From: a virus
Lineage: Duplodnaviria; Caudoviricetes
DNA: 64,000 nt
IMG/VR virus record: IMGVR_UViG_3300015360_000002
Span: 796-64,795 of that record
Reading direction: 5' to 3' (one strand)
Positions within the stretch are counted from its first letter, which is position 1. Each line of letters starts with the position of its first letter. Positions 1 to 8,301 of the stretch are shown piece by piece. The notes under the pieces were generated by a model. It saw only the letters and a program-made list of their open reading frames with translations, did no database searches and was not told the DNA's origin. A program made the translations under genes and the position numbers.

Positions 1-1949
1 CGGATTCCGCTGAGACTACGGGGATGAAGTGGGCGGCTGCGGGAGCAGTCGGCGTCGCTACGGATACCCTCTGGGATGCCAAGGGAGACCTCGCAGGAGG
101 TACGGGGTCGAATACGGCTGATCGCCTCGCAGTTGGAACGAACGGGCAAGCCTTGATTGCCGATTCGGCCGAAACGACCGGAATGAAGTGGGCAACGGTC
201 GCAGGGACCGGAGACGTAGTCGGTCCGGCCTCCTCGACGAATGCGCGTCTGGCTCTCTTCGATCTGGCGACAGGCAAACTTATCAAGCAGTCCACGGCGC
301 TCACCGAATCAGGAGGAACTATCACCTCCAATACTTCGATTGGATTGGCTGCAGGCGGATCGAATCAAAGCATTACTCTGACCCCAACAGGGACCGGGAT
401 CAACGTCCTGACCGGGGGTGTCCAAACAGGCACCGCCTCCTCGGCTGTCCTCGGGGCGTCTTACAGTATCTACACCACAACGAGCTCGCCCGCGAGCGTC
501 GGATTGCGACACGCAAGCGCAGACTCGGGTTCGGCCTATCAGCTTTTTAGTAAGAGTCGGGGGAGTATTGCTAGTCCCACTGCGGTTCAAAGTTCCGACG
601 AACTCGGCGGAATTTTTTTCGGTGGCCACGACGGCACAGGACAGGCGGATTCACAGGCGGCGATTCAGGCGCTCGCGACGCAGACATGGACTTCAGGGGC
701 GAGAGGGACGCAGCTCAAATTACGCACAACGGCCAACAGCGACACGACACTGACGGACCGAGTGATTATCCATCAAGATGGATTAGTGCAGGTGGGCGCT
801 GGCTCTCCTGGAACGCAGTTCACGACTTCAAGCCCTCGTCTCATGATCGCGAGGGAAGCGGCGAGTACCACTCAACAATTCGCGATCGCCTCGGCGACGT
901 CGACGAACCGCGGAATTATTCAATTTTTCAAAACCCGCGGGACACTGGCGACCCCGACCGCCGTAACTACGGGTGATTCTATTTTCTCGATCTTAGCGGG
1001 CGGAAGCGATGGGACGAACGTCGAGCAGAGCGCAGAAATCGCTGGCTTTATCGACGGGACAGTCTCAGGCGGAGTGGTCCCGGCGCGTTTGGAGTTTCTA
1101 ACAAGCGCCACCAATTCGTTGGGCAAAGCGATCCGACTCACCGTAAAAAGTACCGGTCAAATTCAGATGCCAGCAAATCTCGCATCGACCACCACGACCA
1201 CAGGGACACTGATCGTCACGGGGGGCGTGGGAATCAGCGAAAACCTTTACGTCGGGGGGTCGATCGTTCCCACGTCGACGATCACCTTCCCCGACGGCGT
1301 TCGGCAAACATTCAACCCCAACGGAACCACCCCGGGCCTAAACATCGGCGCTCACACCACTGATCCATCCGGCCTCACCAATGGGGATCTCTGGTACGAC
1401 AGCACGGGGAATTTGCTCCGAGCCCGCATCAACGGGGCCTCAGTGAGTCTTGGGGCAGGCGGCGGTGGCGGGACGCTCACACTGGATCGGTTCAACGCTC
1501 TGGACAATCAACCGCCCGCGACAAACTTCGCGAGCTTCGACACCCGGAATTCAGTCGCCGTTTTGGCGTTTGATGCGGCCACAGCAGAAGGAGCAGTCTT
1601 CGTTTCAAACATGTCCGAAGCGGCGAGTTTCAGCACGGGAATATCCGTCATCATCCGCTGGATCGCGGCGACGGCAACTACAGGGGATACTGTTTGGACT
1701 TCCGCATTTGAGCGGTCGAATACCGACTTGGACACCGACTCTTTTGCAACCGCGGTCTCCGCCACTACGACCACCAACGGAACGTCGGGCATCATCACCA
1801 CGACCACGATCAACCACACGGGGTCTGAAATGGATGGTCTTGTTGCGGGGGAACCTTTCCGATTGAACGTCAAACGGGATGCTGCGGTCGGCGGTGATAC
1901 CATGGCTGGCGACGCACAACTTGTCTCCCTTGAACTCCGCCAACGATGA
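1..1949 (+). CDS. Tail fibre / receptor-binding protein, C-terminal part (5'-truncated by window edge)
   Basis: Open from the window start. G/T/A/S-rich fibre motifs (WDAKGDL, GDVVGPASST, SRGS.ASPTAV / TRGT.ATPTAV duplicated domain, GTLIVTGGVGI). DSAETTGMKWA occurs twice. Probably the continuation of 63134..64000. Confidence 0.8.
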   Translation, partial: DSAETTGMKWAAAGAVGVATDTLWDAKGDLAGGTGSNTADRLAVGTNGQALIADSAETTGMKWATVAGTGDVVGPASSTNARLALFDLATGKLIKQSTALTESGGTITSNTSIGLAAGGSNQSITLTPTGTGINVLTGGVQTGTASSAVLGASYSIYTTTSSPASVGLRHASADSGSAYQLFSKSRGSIASPTAVQSSDELGGIFFGGHDGTGQADSQAAIQALATQTWTSGARGTQLKLRTTANSDTTLTDRVIIHQDGLVQVGAGSPGTQFTTSSPRLMIAREAASTTQQFAIASATSTNRGIIQFFKTRGTLATPTAVTTGDSIFSILAGGSDGTNVEQSAEIAGFIDGTVSGGVVPARLEFLTSATNSLGKAIRLTVKSTGQIQMPANLASTTTTTGTLIVTGGVGISENLYVGGSIVPTSTITFPDGVRQTFNPNGTTPGLNIGAHTTDPSGLTNGDLWYDSTGNLLRARINGASVSLGAGGGGGTLTLDRFNALDNQPPATNFASFDTRNSVAVLAFDAATAEGAVFVSNMSEAASFSTGISVIIRWIAATATTGDTVWTSAFERSNTDLDTDSFATAVSATTTTNGTSGIITTTTINHTGSEMDGLVAGEPFRLNVKRDAAVGGDTMAGDAQLVSLELRQR

Positions 1950-2623
1950 AAACTCTTCGATTTATACTTCTCCTCACGGTTCTGACGGGTGCCCTCCAAG
2001 CAGCACGCACTTTCCCCAATGACCTAACAAAGTACATCCAGCTTAATACGACCCCGGTCACAACTGCCCCGATGACTTTTTCCGCTTGGGTTAAATTCAG
2101 TTCCACCGTAACGGGTCAAATACTCTTTATGGTGGCCGAAAGCACCGTTAACGCCCATGCCCTTTGGCTAGGTACAACGACCAACGCCTTGGAGGCCGGT
2201 GAATGGGATGGTGGCCCCGTCGCAAGGGCTCAATCCGGCACGATTTCAACGGGGGTCTGGTATCATGCGGGAGGCGTCTTTACCAGCCTCAGCTCTCGCG
2301 CTGTTTTTCTTGATGGGGTGAAAACGACAAACACGACAACGATCGGAAGTGTTCACACCCCCGGGAAGGTTGTCGTAGGCCGATGGGATGGCGCGGGTTC
2401 GGCTCTTCAGGGAGACCTCGCTGAAATCGCGATTTGGAACGTGGCTTTAACAGACGCCGAAATGTCGACGCTCGCGACCGGAGTTAGTGCGTTACGGGTT
2501 CGTCCAAGTGCGCTCGTTTTATATATCCCTTTATGGGATTCGGTCTTCGATTATAAGGCGAGCCGAGCTATAACTACGAACACCACGACCACAACCGTTT
2601 CTGGACCTCGCAGATACCGATGA
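1946..2623 (+). CDS. LamG/concanavalin-A-like lectin protein with Sec signal peptide
   Basis: MKTLRFILLLTVLTGALQA|A signal peptide. TFSAWVK, WYHAGGVF, VFLDG, GDLAEIAIWNVALT are LamG_3-type motifs. Confidence 0.8.
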   Translation: MKTLRFILLLTVLTGALQAARTFPNDLTKYIQLNTTPVTTAPMTFSAWVKFSSTVTGQILFMVAESTVNAHALWLGTTTNALEAGEWDGGPVARAQSGTISTGVWYHAGGVFTSLSSRAVFLDGVKTTNTTTIGSVHTPGKVVVGRWDGAGSALQGDLAEIAIWNVALTDAEMSTLATGVSALRVRPSALVLYIPLWDSVFDYKASRAITTNTTTTTVSGPRRYR

Positions 2624-2667
2624 AGCTCCTCCTCTTCCTGATCTTCGTTCAAATCTCCCCGAATTAA
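2620..2667 (+). pseudogene. Signal-peptide-only remnant ORF (MKLLLFLIFVQISPN*)
   Basis: ATGA overlap with the LamG stop, as in neighbouring genes. Encodes only an n/h-region-like peptide. Confidence 0.4.
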
Positions 2668-2686
2668 CCGCGAAACAACTTTCCTC

Positions 2687-2968
2687 ATGGCAATTATCAA
2701 GAAATTGGCTAACTGGCGAAATTGGCTTAGAGGTCTTTTGGCTGCCGCAATTGGAGGAGCGGCGAACGCGACCACGTTGATGGTAGTCGACCCTCTACAA
2801 TTCAACTTCAATACGGGAATGAGCGCGCTCTGGAAGGTATCCTTGGTTTCGGCGGTTCTCAATGCGGCGTTTTACCTGAAGCAGAGTCCGATCCCTCCGT
2901 CCGAAGAAGAGGATGATGCATTGCAACCTGATGCTACTTTCACGCCTTCAAAAGATAAAACGCCATGA
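2687..2968 (+). CDS. Putative holin
   Basis: 93 aa, two hydrophobic segments, basic N-terminus, charged C-terminus, late-gene context. Confidence 0.55.
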   Translation: MAIIKKLANWRNWLRGLLAAAIGGAANATTLMVVDPLQFNFNTGMSALWKVSLVSAVLNAAFYLKQSPIPPSEEEDDALQPDATFTPSKDKTP

Positions 2969-3345
2969 GGTATCTCGTTTTTCTTGCATTGGTGCTGAGC
3001 GGCGCCCTCCTTGCGGCCCCGCCTCCATTCACGACGGACCTACCTGCTGAACTCGTAGGCAAAACGGATCTTTGGTTGGCAAGGCTTGAGCCATCTCCAG
3101 GAGACCCAGAGGGCGGGCTCTACATGGTTCAACGCAGATTCCTGGGTCGCTACTCCGACGCACGGGCGCGGGGCTACCCTTGGTCATGGGCTCCACTGCC
3201 TGCTGTCTTTGATGCCTTTGACCGCTCTACGCAGCCCCCGTCCGATCTCGAAATTAAAGCCGAGCGCGCAGAGAGCGAACGCCTGCGGGCGCGCATCAGA
3301 GCCGCCGTTTCAATACTTCAACCTCCAGTCAATGTTGCACCATGA
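2965..3345 (+). CDS. Secreted hypothetical protein
   Basis: MRYLVFLALVLSGALLA|A signal peptide. ATGA-coupled to the upstream gene. Confidence 0.6.
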   Translation: MRYLVFLALVLSGALLAAPPPFTTDLPAELVGKTDLWLARLEPSPGDPEGGLYMVQRRFLGRYSDARARGYPWSWAPLPAVFDAFDRSTQPPSDLEIKAERAESERLRARIRAAVSILQPPVNVAP

Positions 3346-3629
3346 ATACGTCCATCCGCATCCTCTTCGCCCTCGTGTGCATCTCGCTCTCAGCGTGCAG
3401 TACCGTATACGACCGGCTTGATGCATCTATCCCAAATGGCGAGGCGCGAAAACTCCGCGCTACTATCACCGGCAAATTTTCTTCAACGACCATTGAGGCC
3501 GATGGGTTTAAGAAAACTGCAAGCGAAGTAACCGCAGAGCGGATGTACGAGCGCCACAACAATGCCTGGGTTCCACTCATCGAAATCGAGATCGAGGGCT
3601 ATCGCAGAAGCAGGGGGGATAAAAAATGA
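3342..3629 (+). CDS. Lipoprotein, possible o-spanin
   Basis: Lipobox-like ISLSA|C after a hydrophobic stretch. Adjacent to the holin-like gene. Confidence 0.55.
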   Translation: MNTSIRILFALVCISLSACSTVYDRLDASIPNGEARKLRATITGKFSSTTIEADGFKKTASEVTAERMYERHNNAWVPLIEIEIEGYRRSRGDKK

Positions 3630-3946
3630 CCGAACCTGATAAAAACGAACTCATCCGATGGATTGACGTGCTGTTCAAGTTGGGCACGCCGGTCATTATT
3701 GTTCTCTCGTCGTTCATCATCTACTGGCTTCAAGCGCACTATGTTCCGATCGAGACTTTCGGGCAAAATTCGGAGCGTCTATCGAAACTTGAGACCGCCT
3801 TCATGCTGATGACGAAAGAAAATGAGGTGAACAATCGACAGGAAAAGAGTTTGGCTGACCACGAAACGCGCATTCGTGTGCTGGAAGAAAAATCTCCGCG
3901 TGGAGGCCATTATCCCAACACCAGTGGTGTCGGAATAAGTAAGTAG
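3626..3946 (+). CDS. Membrane-anchored coiled-coil protein (i-spanin/holin-like)
   Basis: One N-terminal TM segment, then a coiled coil ending DHETRIRVLE. Confidence 0.5.
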   Translation: MTEPDKNELIRWIDVLFKLGTPVIIVLSSFIIYWLQAHYVPIETFGQNSERLSKLETAFMLMTKENEVNNRQEKSLADHETRIRVLEEKSPRGGHYPNTSGVGISK

Positions 3947-3953
3947 CGGCGAA

Positions 3954-3961
3954 TGCAACCG
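3954..3961 (+). promoter_or_regulatory. Putative late-promoter motif TGCAACCG
   Basis: Same 8-mer in five intergenic gaps before virion genes. Here it starts 45 nt upstream of the scaffold ATG. Confidence 0.65.
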
Positions 3962-3998
3962 AACACATCGCCCGCGGCGTTCACAGAACGGCGGGGCA

Positions 3999-5219
3999 AT
4001 GGAAAACTCAGCACCTACCGCCCTAGCCGAGGGTTCTGCCCCGGCATCCTCTCCTGACGCCCCCGCGGCGCCAGCAGCGGCGAATCCTCCCCAGGATGAC
4101 AACCAGCGAATCGACGTAAAATCGTTGATGGCGCAGTTGACGCCTGACCAGCGACGTCTCGCAGCAGCCGGCAAGTTCGACCAGATCAAGCCCGCTGCCA
4201 GCAGCGCACCAGCAACGCCAGCCGCACCCGCCGCGCCAAGCGTGCCAGTGGTTGCAGCCCCGGCGCTTGGTGAGCCCGCCTCGTACACCGAACCCGTAGA
4301 AGGCGCGCCTGCCGCAGCCCCCGAAGTTGGCATCGCGGAGGATTCTCCCGATCCGGCCGGGGATGCCAGTGGCGGCAAGTCGAAGCGGTTCCGGTTTTCC
4401 GACGAGAAAGACCAGGCAGTTATCTCGTTCGCAAAGGCCAACGGACTGAGCCTCATCGAGGCTGCGCAGCGTCTCGCTGCCGCAACTCCGACGTCGGTTC
4501 ATCAGTCGGCCCATGCAACAGGAGCATCGCCTGCGACCACTCCAGCCGAACCGGCCCAAGATCCACAGGTCGTCGCGTTTGACGCGCAGATCACGGAGAC
4601 GGCAACGCGGCTTGAGAAGCTCAACGCGAAACGCGCGAAAGCGATTGATGACTTGGATTCGGCCACCGCTGCATCCATTTCCGACGAAATCGCCGACCTG
4701 CGGTCCGACAAAAAGCTCTTGGAGCGGGACAAAGTGAACTACGTCAAGGGACAGGAGCAGGCAGTTGTTCAAGGATTTGAGCGGCAAGTGCAAGAGACCC
4801 GGACGATGGCACTCGCGCAGTACCCCGTCCTCGCGAACACGAATAGCATGGCGCGGATGGCACTCGACGCGTTTACAGCGCGCGCGAAGGCCCAACGCCC
4901 CGAGCTGTTTTCAAATCCGGCATGGCCACAGGTCATCGTCACGGAGTTCGTACAGTTGCACAAACTCAACGGAGCACCCGCGGGCATATCCGCCCCGGCC
5001 CAAGCTCCCGCGGCCCCGGCAAAACCGGGCTTTCAGAAAACCGCTCCAAAGCAGGTCATCAACGGCCAGCCGAGCGGATCCAGACTTTTAACCGGCGCGG
5101 ACGGGCGATCGCCCTCCTCACCGAGCGCAATGACGAGGGACGACGCGCTCGCCCTCGCACGGAGCGACCCAAAAGCGGCCGTCCGAGCACTCGCACAACT
5201 CAACGCAGGGAGGCGGTAA
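3999..5219 (+). CDS. Capsid scaffolding protein
   Basis: A/P-rich disordered N-terminus and long coiled coil, directly upstream of the capsid gene. Confidence 0.7.
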   Translation: MENSAPTALAEGSAPASSPDAPAAPAAANPPQDDNQRIDVKSLMAQLTPDQRRLAAAGKFDQIKPAASSAPATPAAPAAPSVPVVAAPALGEPASYTEPVEGAPAAAPEVGIAEDSPDPAGDASGGKSKRFRFSDEKDQAVISFAKANGLSLIEAAQRLAAATPTSVHQSAHATGASPATTPAEPAQDPQVVAFDAQITETATRLEKLNAKRAKAIDDLDSATAASISDEIADLRSDKKLLERDKVNYVKGQEQAVVQGFERQVQETRTMALAQYPVLANTNSMARMALDAFTARAKAQRPELFSNPAWPQVIVTEFVQLHKLNGAPAGISAPAQAPAAPAKPGFQKTAPKQVINGQPSGSRLLTGADGRSPSSPSAMTRDDALALARSDPKAAVRALAQLNAGRR

Positions 5220-5259
5220 AACCGCTTCCGATATTCAGCGGTAACAACCGCATACTACA

Positions 5260-6753
5260 ATGGCATTTGATCTCAGTCAGATTACAACTCTTCAGTCGCT
5301 CATCGACTCCGACCCAAAACTCCAAATGGAAATGTGGTCGGAGGCCGTGAAGGCTGATGCCGCGGATATGAATCCGCTGAAAGACTTCATTGGCGGCGAG
5401 GGCTCCGGTATGCCCATCGTCGAAAAACGAGACGCCGTCGTGAAGGGCGGACAGAAAGTCTACTTCTCCACGCACGCTCCCGTTCGAGGCCGCGGCGTCA
5501 TGGGCGCTTCCGAGCTCAAGTCCAAGACCGCGACCGTGCGGTATGGCTCGTACGGAGTCACGGTGGACCTTCGCCGGTTCGCCATCTCCGAGGAACAGCT
5601 CATCTCGTATTTCTCGCTCCCCGGCAACGTGGACAAGAATCGCGACGAGTTCATGTTCAACCTCTGCAAAAACTGGTGGAGCCGCACCGTGGTAGACGAC
5701 ATCCAAATCGTCCTCCGGCAGAAAGCACTCACCGCTTCGGGTCAGCCGAACGTCATGCGCATCGGCCGCGGCGCCACCAAGGCCGCGATCACCGAGGACC
5801 ATACGGTTGACACCGAAATTTTCCGGCGCGCCAAAAACACCCTCGTTGGCCTCGGCGCGAACGCGATGAAGTACGGCGTCTCCAAAGCCGGCCAGAAAAT
5901 CCCGCAGTTTCTCACGTTCGCCCCCCAGCAGTTCCTTGATCCGCTGGAAGACGAACAGAAGTTCCGCGAGGCCGTGAACAACAACCAGACCCGCGGCGAA
6001 GATGCCTACTGGTGGACCGGCGCTCTTCCCGTGTGGAAGAACCAGCTCATCTTTGGGCACGATCTCGTTTATGATTCCGGTCCCAATCGGCAGGGATCTC
6101 CGTTGGCTCCGATCGCCTTCCTTGGCACAGCGATTCCGTCAGAGGTCGCAACGGTTGTCACAGGAGGTGGTGCTTGGAACACGGCGGACACACTGACCGA
6201 CACCAGCCTCTTCGACTTCTTTTCGTACTTCCCAGGTTATTCCTGGAAGACGTACGACTCGGAGTCGCTGCCCTCTGATGTCGACACGCACTATGCGATC
6301 ATCTACAACGTGTCCGGCGCGAACGCGGACAAATATGAGATCGTGTCCTACGTGGCCGCTGGCAACACCGGCAACAAGCTCACGGTGATTCGCGAAATTG
6401 ATGCCGCCAACCAGAAGACGCTCCTCACGGCCGCTACGCGTTACTCGAACGTTCATCCGTCCGGATCGCTCATCATCCCCTGCAACGTCTATGGCATCCC
6501 GATTGGCTACGGCTTAATCATGGGCGCCGAGGCATTGCTGGTCGGCAAGGGCGAGCTTGAGGCGGATCCGATTGAGTGGGCGGACGACTTCCAGTCCAAG
6601 ACGTCTGGTCGCGCTCACATCAACGCGCAAGGAATCCAGTCCATCATCGGCTATTCGCCGGCTGAGGACACTCTGGCCAGGTACCCGAACTACGTCCTCC
6701 TTGAGGGCGCGCTCGACTACCCGGACCTCAACCTCATCGACCTCCACCCGTAA
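5260..6753 (+). CDS. Major capsid protein (N4-gp56/DUF4043-like)
   Basis: 497 aa, strongly biased codon usage, follows the scaffold, followed by a hairpin. N-terminus (WSEAV...FIGG.GS.MPIVEK.D..KG.KV.F) resembles DUF4043-type capsids. Confidence 0.75.
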   Translation: MAFDLSQITTLQSLIDSDPKLQMEMWSEAVKADAADMNPLKDFIGGEGSGMPIVEKRDAVVKGGQKVYFSTHAPVRGRGVMGASELKSKTATVRYGSYGVTVDLRRFAISEEQLISYFSLPGNVDKNRDEFMFNLCKNWWSRTVVDDIQIVLRQKALTASGQPNVMRIGRGATKAAITEDHTVDTEIFRRAKNTLVGLGANAMKYGVSKAGQKIPQFLTFAPQQFLDPLEDEQKFREAVNNNQTRGEDAYWWTGALPVWKNQLIFGHDLVYDSGPNRQGSPLAPIAFLGTAIPSEVATVVTGGGAWNTADTLTDTSLFDFFSYFPGYSWKTYDSESLPSDVDTHYAIIYNVSGANADKYEIVSYVAAGNTGNKLTVIREIDAANQKTLLTAATRYSNVHPSGSLIIPCNVYGIPIGYGLIMGAEALLVGKGELEADPIEWADDFQSKTSGRAHINAQGIQSIIGYSPAEDTLARYPNYVLLEGALDYPDLNLIDLHP

Positions 6754-6770
6754 ACGGTCGCGGTCAAACA

Positions 6771-6808
6771 AAGCCCCCTTTGGTCTCCCCTTGGGGGGCT
6801 TCCCTTTT
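6771..6808 (+). terminator. Putative intrinsic terminator after capsid gene
   Basis: AAGCCCCC...GGGGGCTT stem followed by CCCTTTT. Confidence 0.5.
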
Positions 6809-6815
6809 CCTACCT

Positions 6816-7244
6816 ATGCAGATCCTCCTCAAAATCCTCAACGAAGTGAAGGGCCGGAAGGCTCTCAAGGTTGATGGCTACAGCGGCATTCGATACAAGT
6901 TCGACTGGAATCCGGCGCACAAAGGCTACACCTACATGCCGAGAAACCAACAGGAGACCGACGACCTCTACAAGACGGTCGGGCGCGTCAGTTCCTGCAT
7001 CTTTGCGCCGATTCTTGTGGGCGAGTCCACAGCTCTACCACCGACACCCAAACCTGCGGAAAATAAAAACGAGGCGCTGCGTGAGCAGTGTTTTCACCGC
7101 GGGGTTGTTCTAACCAGCGAAGACACCAACGACACGGCATTGCGGTTGATCCGCGCGTACGATCAGGGAGTTTCAGACACTCTCCAGAGCGTACCCACGA
7201 AAAAAAAGAGACCACAGCCTGACTCCAAGGAAGACCCTTCATAA
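6816..7244 (+). CDS. Hypothetical virion-region protein
   Basis: ORF after the capsid gene. ATG preceded by the pyrimidine-rich leader typical of this genome. Confidence 0.6.
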   Translation: MQILLKILNEVKGRKALKVDGYSGIRYKFDWNPAHKGYTYMPRNQQETDDLYKTVGRVSSCIFAPILVGESTALPPTPKPAENKNEALREQCFHRGVVLTSEDTNDTALRLIRAYDQGVSDTLQSVPTKKKRPQPDSKEDPS

Positions 7245-7250
7245 ACACCT

Positions 7251-7314
7251 CCGCGCCGTACGACTAAAGGGTGTGTCCTGGGGAGGAGACGCCCGAGGTA
7301 GGCGTACGGCGCGG
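7251..7314 (+). other. Long irregular intergenic RNA hairpin
   Basis: Perfect 12-bp basal stem CCGCGCCGTACG/CGTACGGCGCGG enclosing GGGTGT/ACGCCC and TCCT/AGGA inner stems. Confidence 0.55.
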
Positions 7315-7330
7315 TCCCACTTTTCAAGCC

Positions 7331-8299
7331 ATGGCGAATAAGACCTTCCTTCAGATCCAGAACTCACTCGCAAATATGTGGGGAGGATTCGCGGCAAGTG
7401 AGCTCGTGGCTCAAGACCTCGTTGACCTGAAAGACCTCATCAACGCGGCGTACTTCGACATCTACGCGCCCGCAGACAGCAAGCGAGCATGGTGGTCGGC
7501 CCAGACTCACAGCGACATGGTGAAGGCTCAGGTTGCCGCGACGCTCGGACTCACGCATGGATCCAAGGAAGTGACCGGCTATGCGTTCGAGACAAAATAC
7601 GCAGGCTCTTTCGTACGCATCGGCGATCGCTATTTCCGCTTCGCTGGCTCGACCACGGTCGCAATGACAACGACCTACTATCTGGTGCAGCCATGGCCGG
7701 GTGATACCGGCAGCTACGCCGCCGTCATTTTCCACAACGCGGTGGCTCTCCCGTGGCAAGTCATTGAGATTGCCGGGATGCCGACGCTTCTGGGTGTTGG
7801 GTTGTTGGCCCCGCTTCCGGATCCGGATTCTGAGCTTACGTTGCGAACCGAACCAGCCTTCGACTTCACGCCGAAGTTCAACCGCTCCCCATTTGCCCAA
7901 CACCGGAAGCACTTCAGCCAGCAGACGTTTTTCGACACGGGCGATCCTCGGTTTTACCACATCGACCAAGCGTCTGTTGCCCCAACATTTGCCGTCGGCA
8001 ATCGGTTCCACCTCTACCCAATCCCCGAGATCGCGTACACGTTTGACTTTGTCGCGAACGTCGTGCCGAACGCGCTGGAGCTCGACGCGGACGTTCCAGT
8101 TCTGCCAGCGCGGGTGGACAGCAATATCCTCATGGCGCTCTGCCGCGAAAAACTGGTGACAAACTCCAACGGACGCATGTTCACCGGCGACGCACGCCTC
8201 ATCATGGGAGAGGCCGACAAGGCGCGCGCCCAACTTAACTCACTCAGGCGCACCCAGCGCGACGTCGCTGGGGCCTTCCGTGTGCGCGGGGGCTGGTAA
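7331..8299 (+). CDS. Head-tail adaptor protein
   Basis: Helical N-terminus (TFLQIQN...LKDLINAAY) and FHLYPIPE.AY motif typical of podovirus adaptors. Position after the capsid gene. Confidence 0.6.
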   Translation: MANKTFLQIQNSLANMWGGFAASELVAQDLVDLKDLINAAYFDIYAPADSKRAWWSAQTHSDMVKAQVAATLGLTHGSKEVTGYAFETKYAGSFVRIGDRYFRFAGSTTVAMTTTYYLVQPWPGDTGSYAAVIFHNAVALPWQVIEIAGMPTLLGVGLLAPLPDPDSELTLRTEPAFDFTPKFNRSPFAQHRKHFSQQTFFDTGDPRFYHIDQASVAPTFAVGNRFHLYPIPEIAYTFDFVANVVPNALELDADVPVLPARVDSNILMALCREKLVTNSNGRMFTGDARLIMGEADKARAQLNSLRRTQRDVAGAFRVRGGW

Positions 8300-8301
8300 C
8301 A

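Noticed and set aside
1745-1752. TGCAACCG inside the fibre CDS
   Set aside because: Coding context with no start codon at about +42. Roughly one chance 8-mer is expected per strand.
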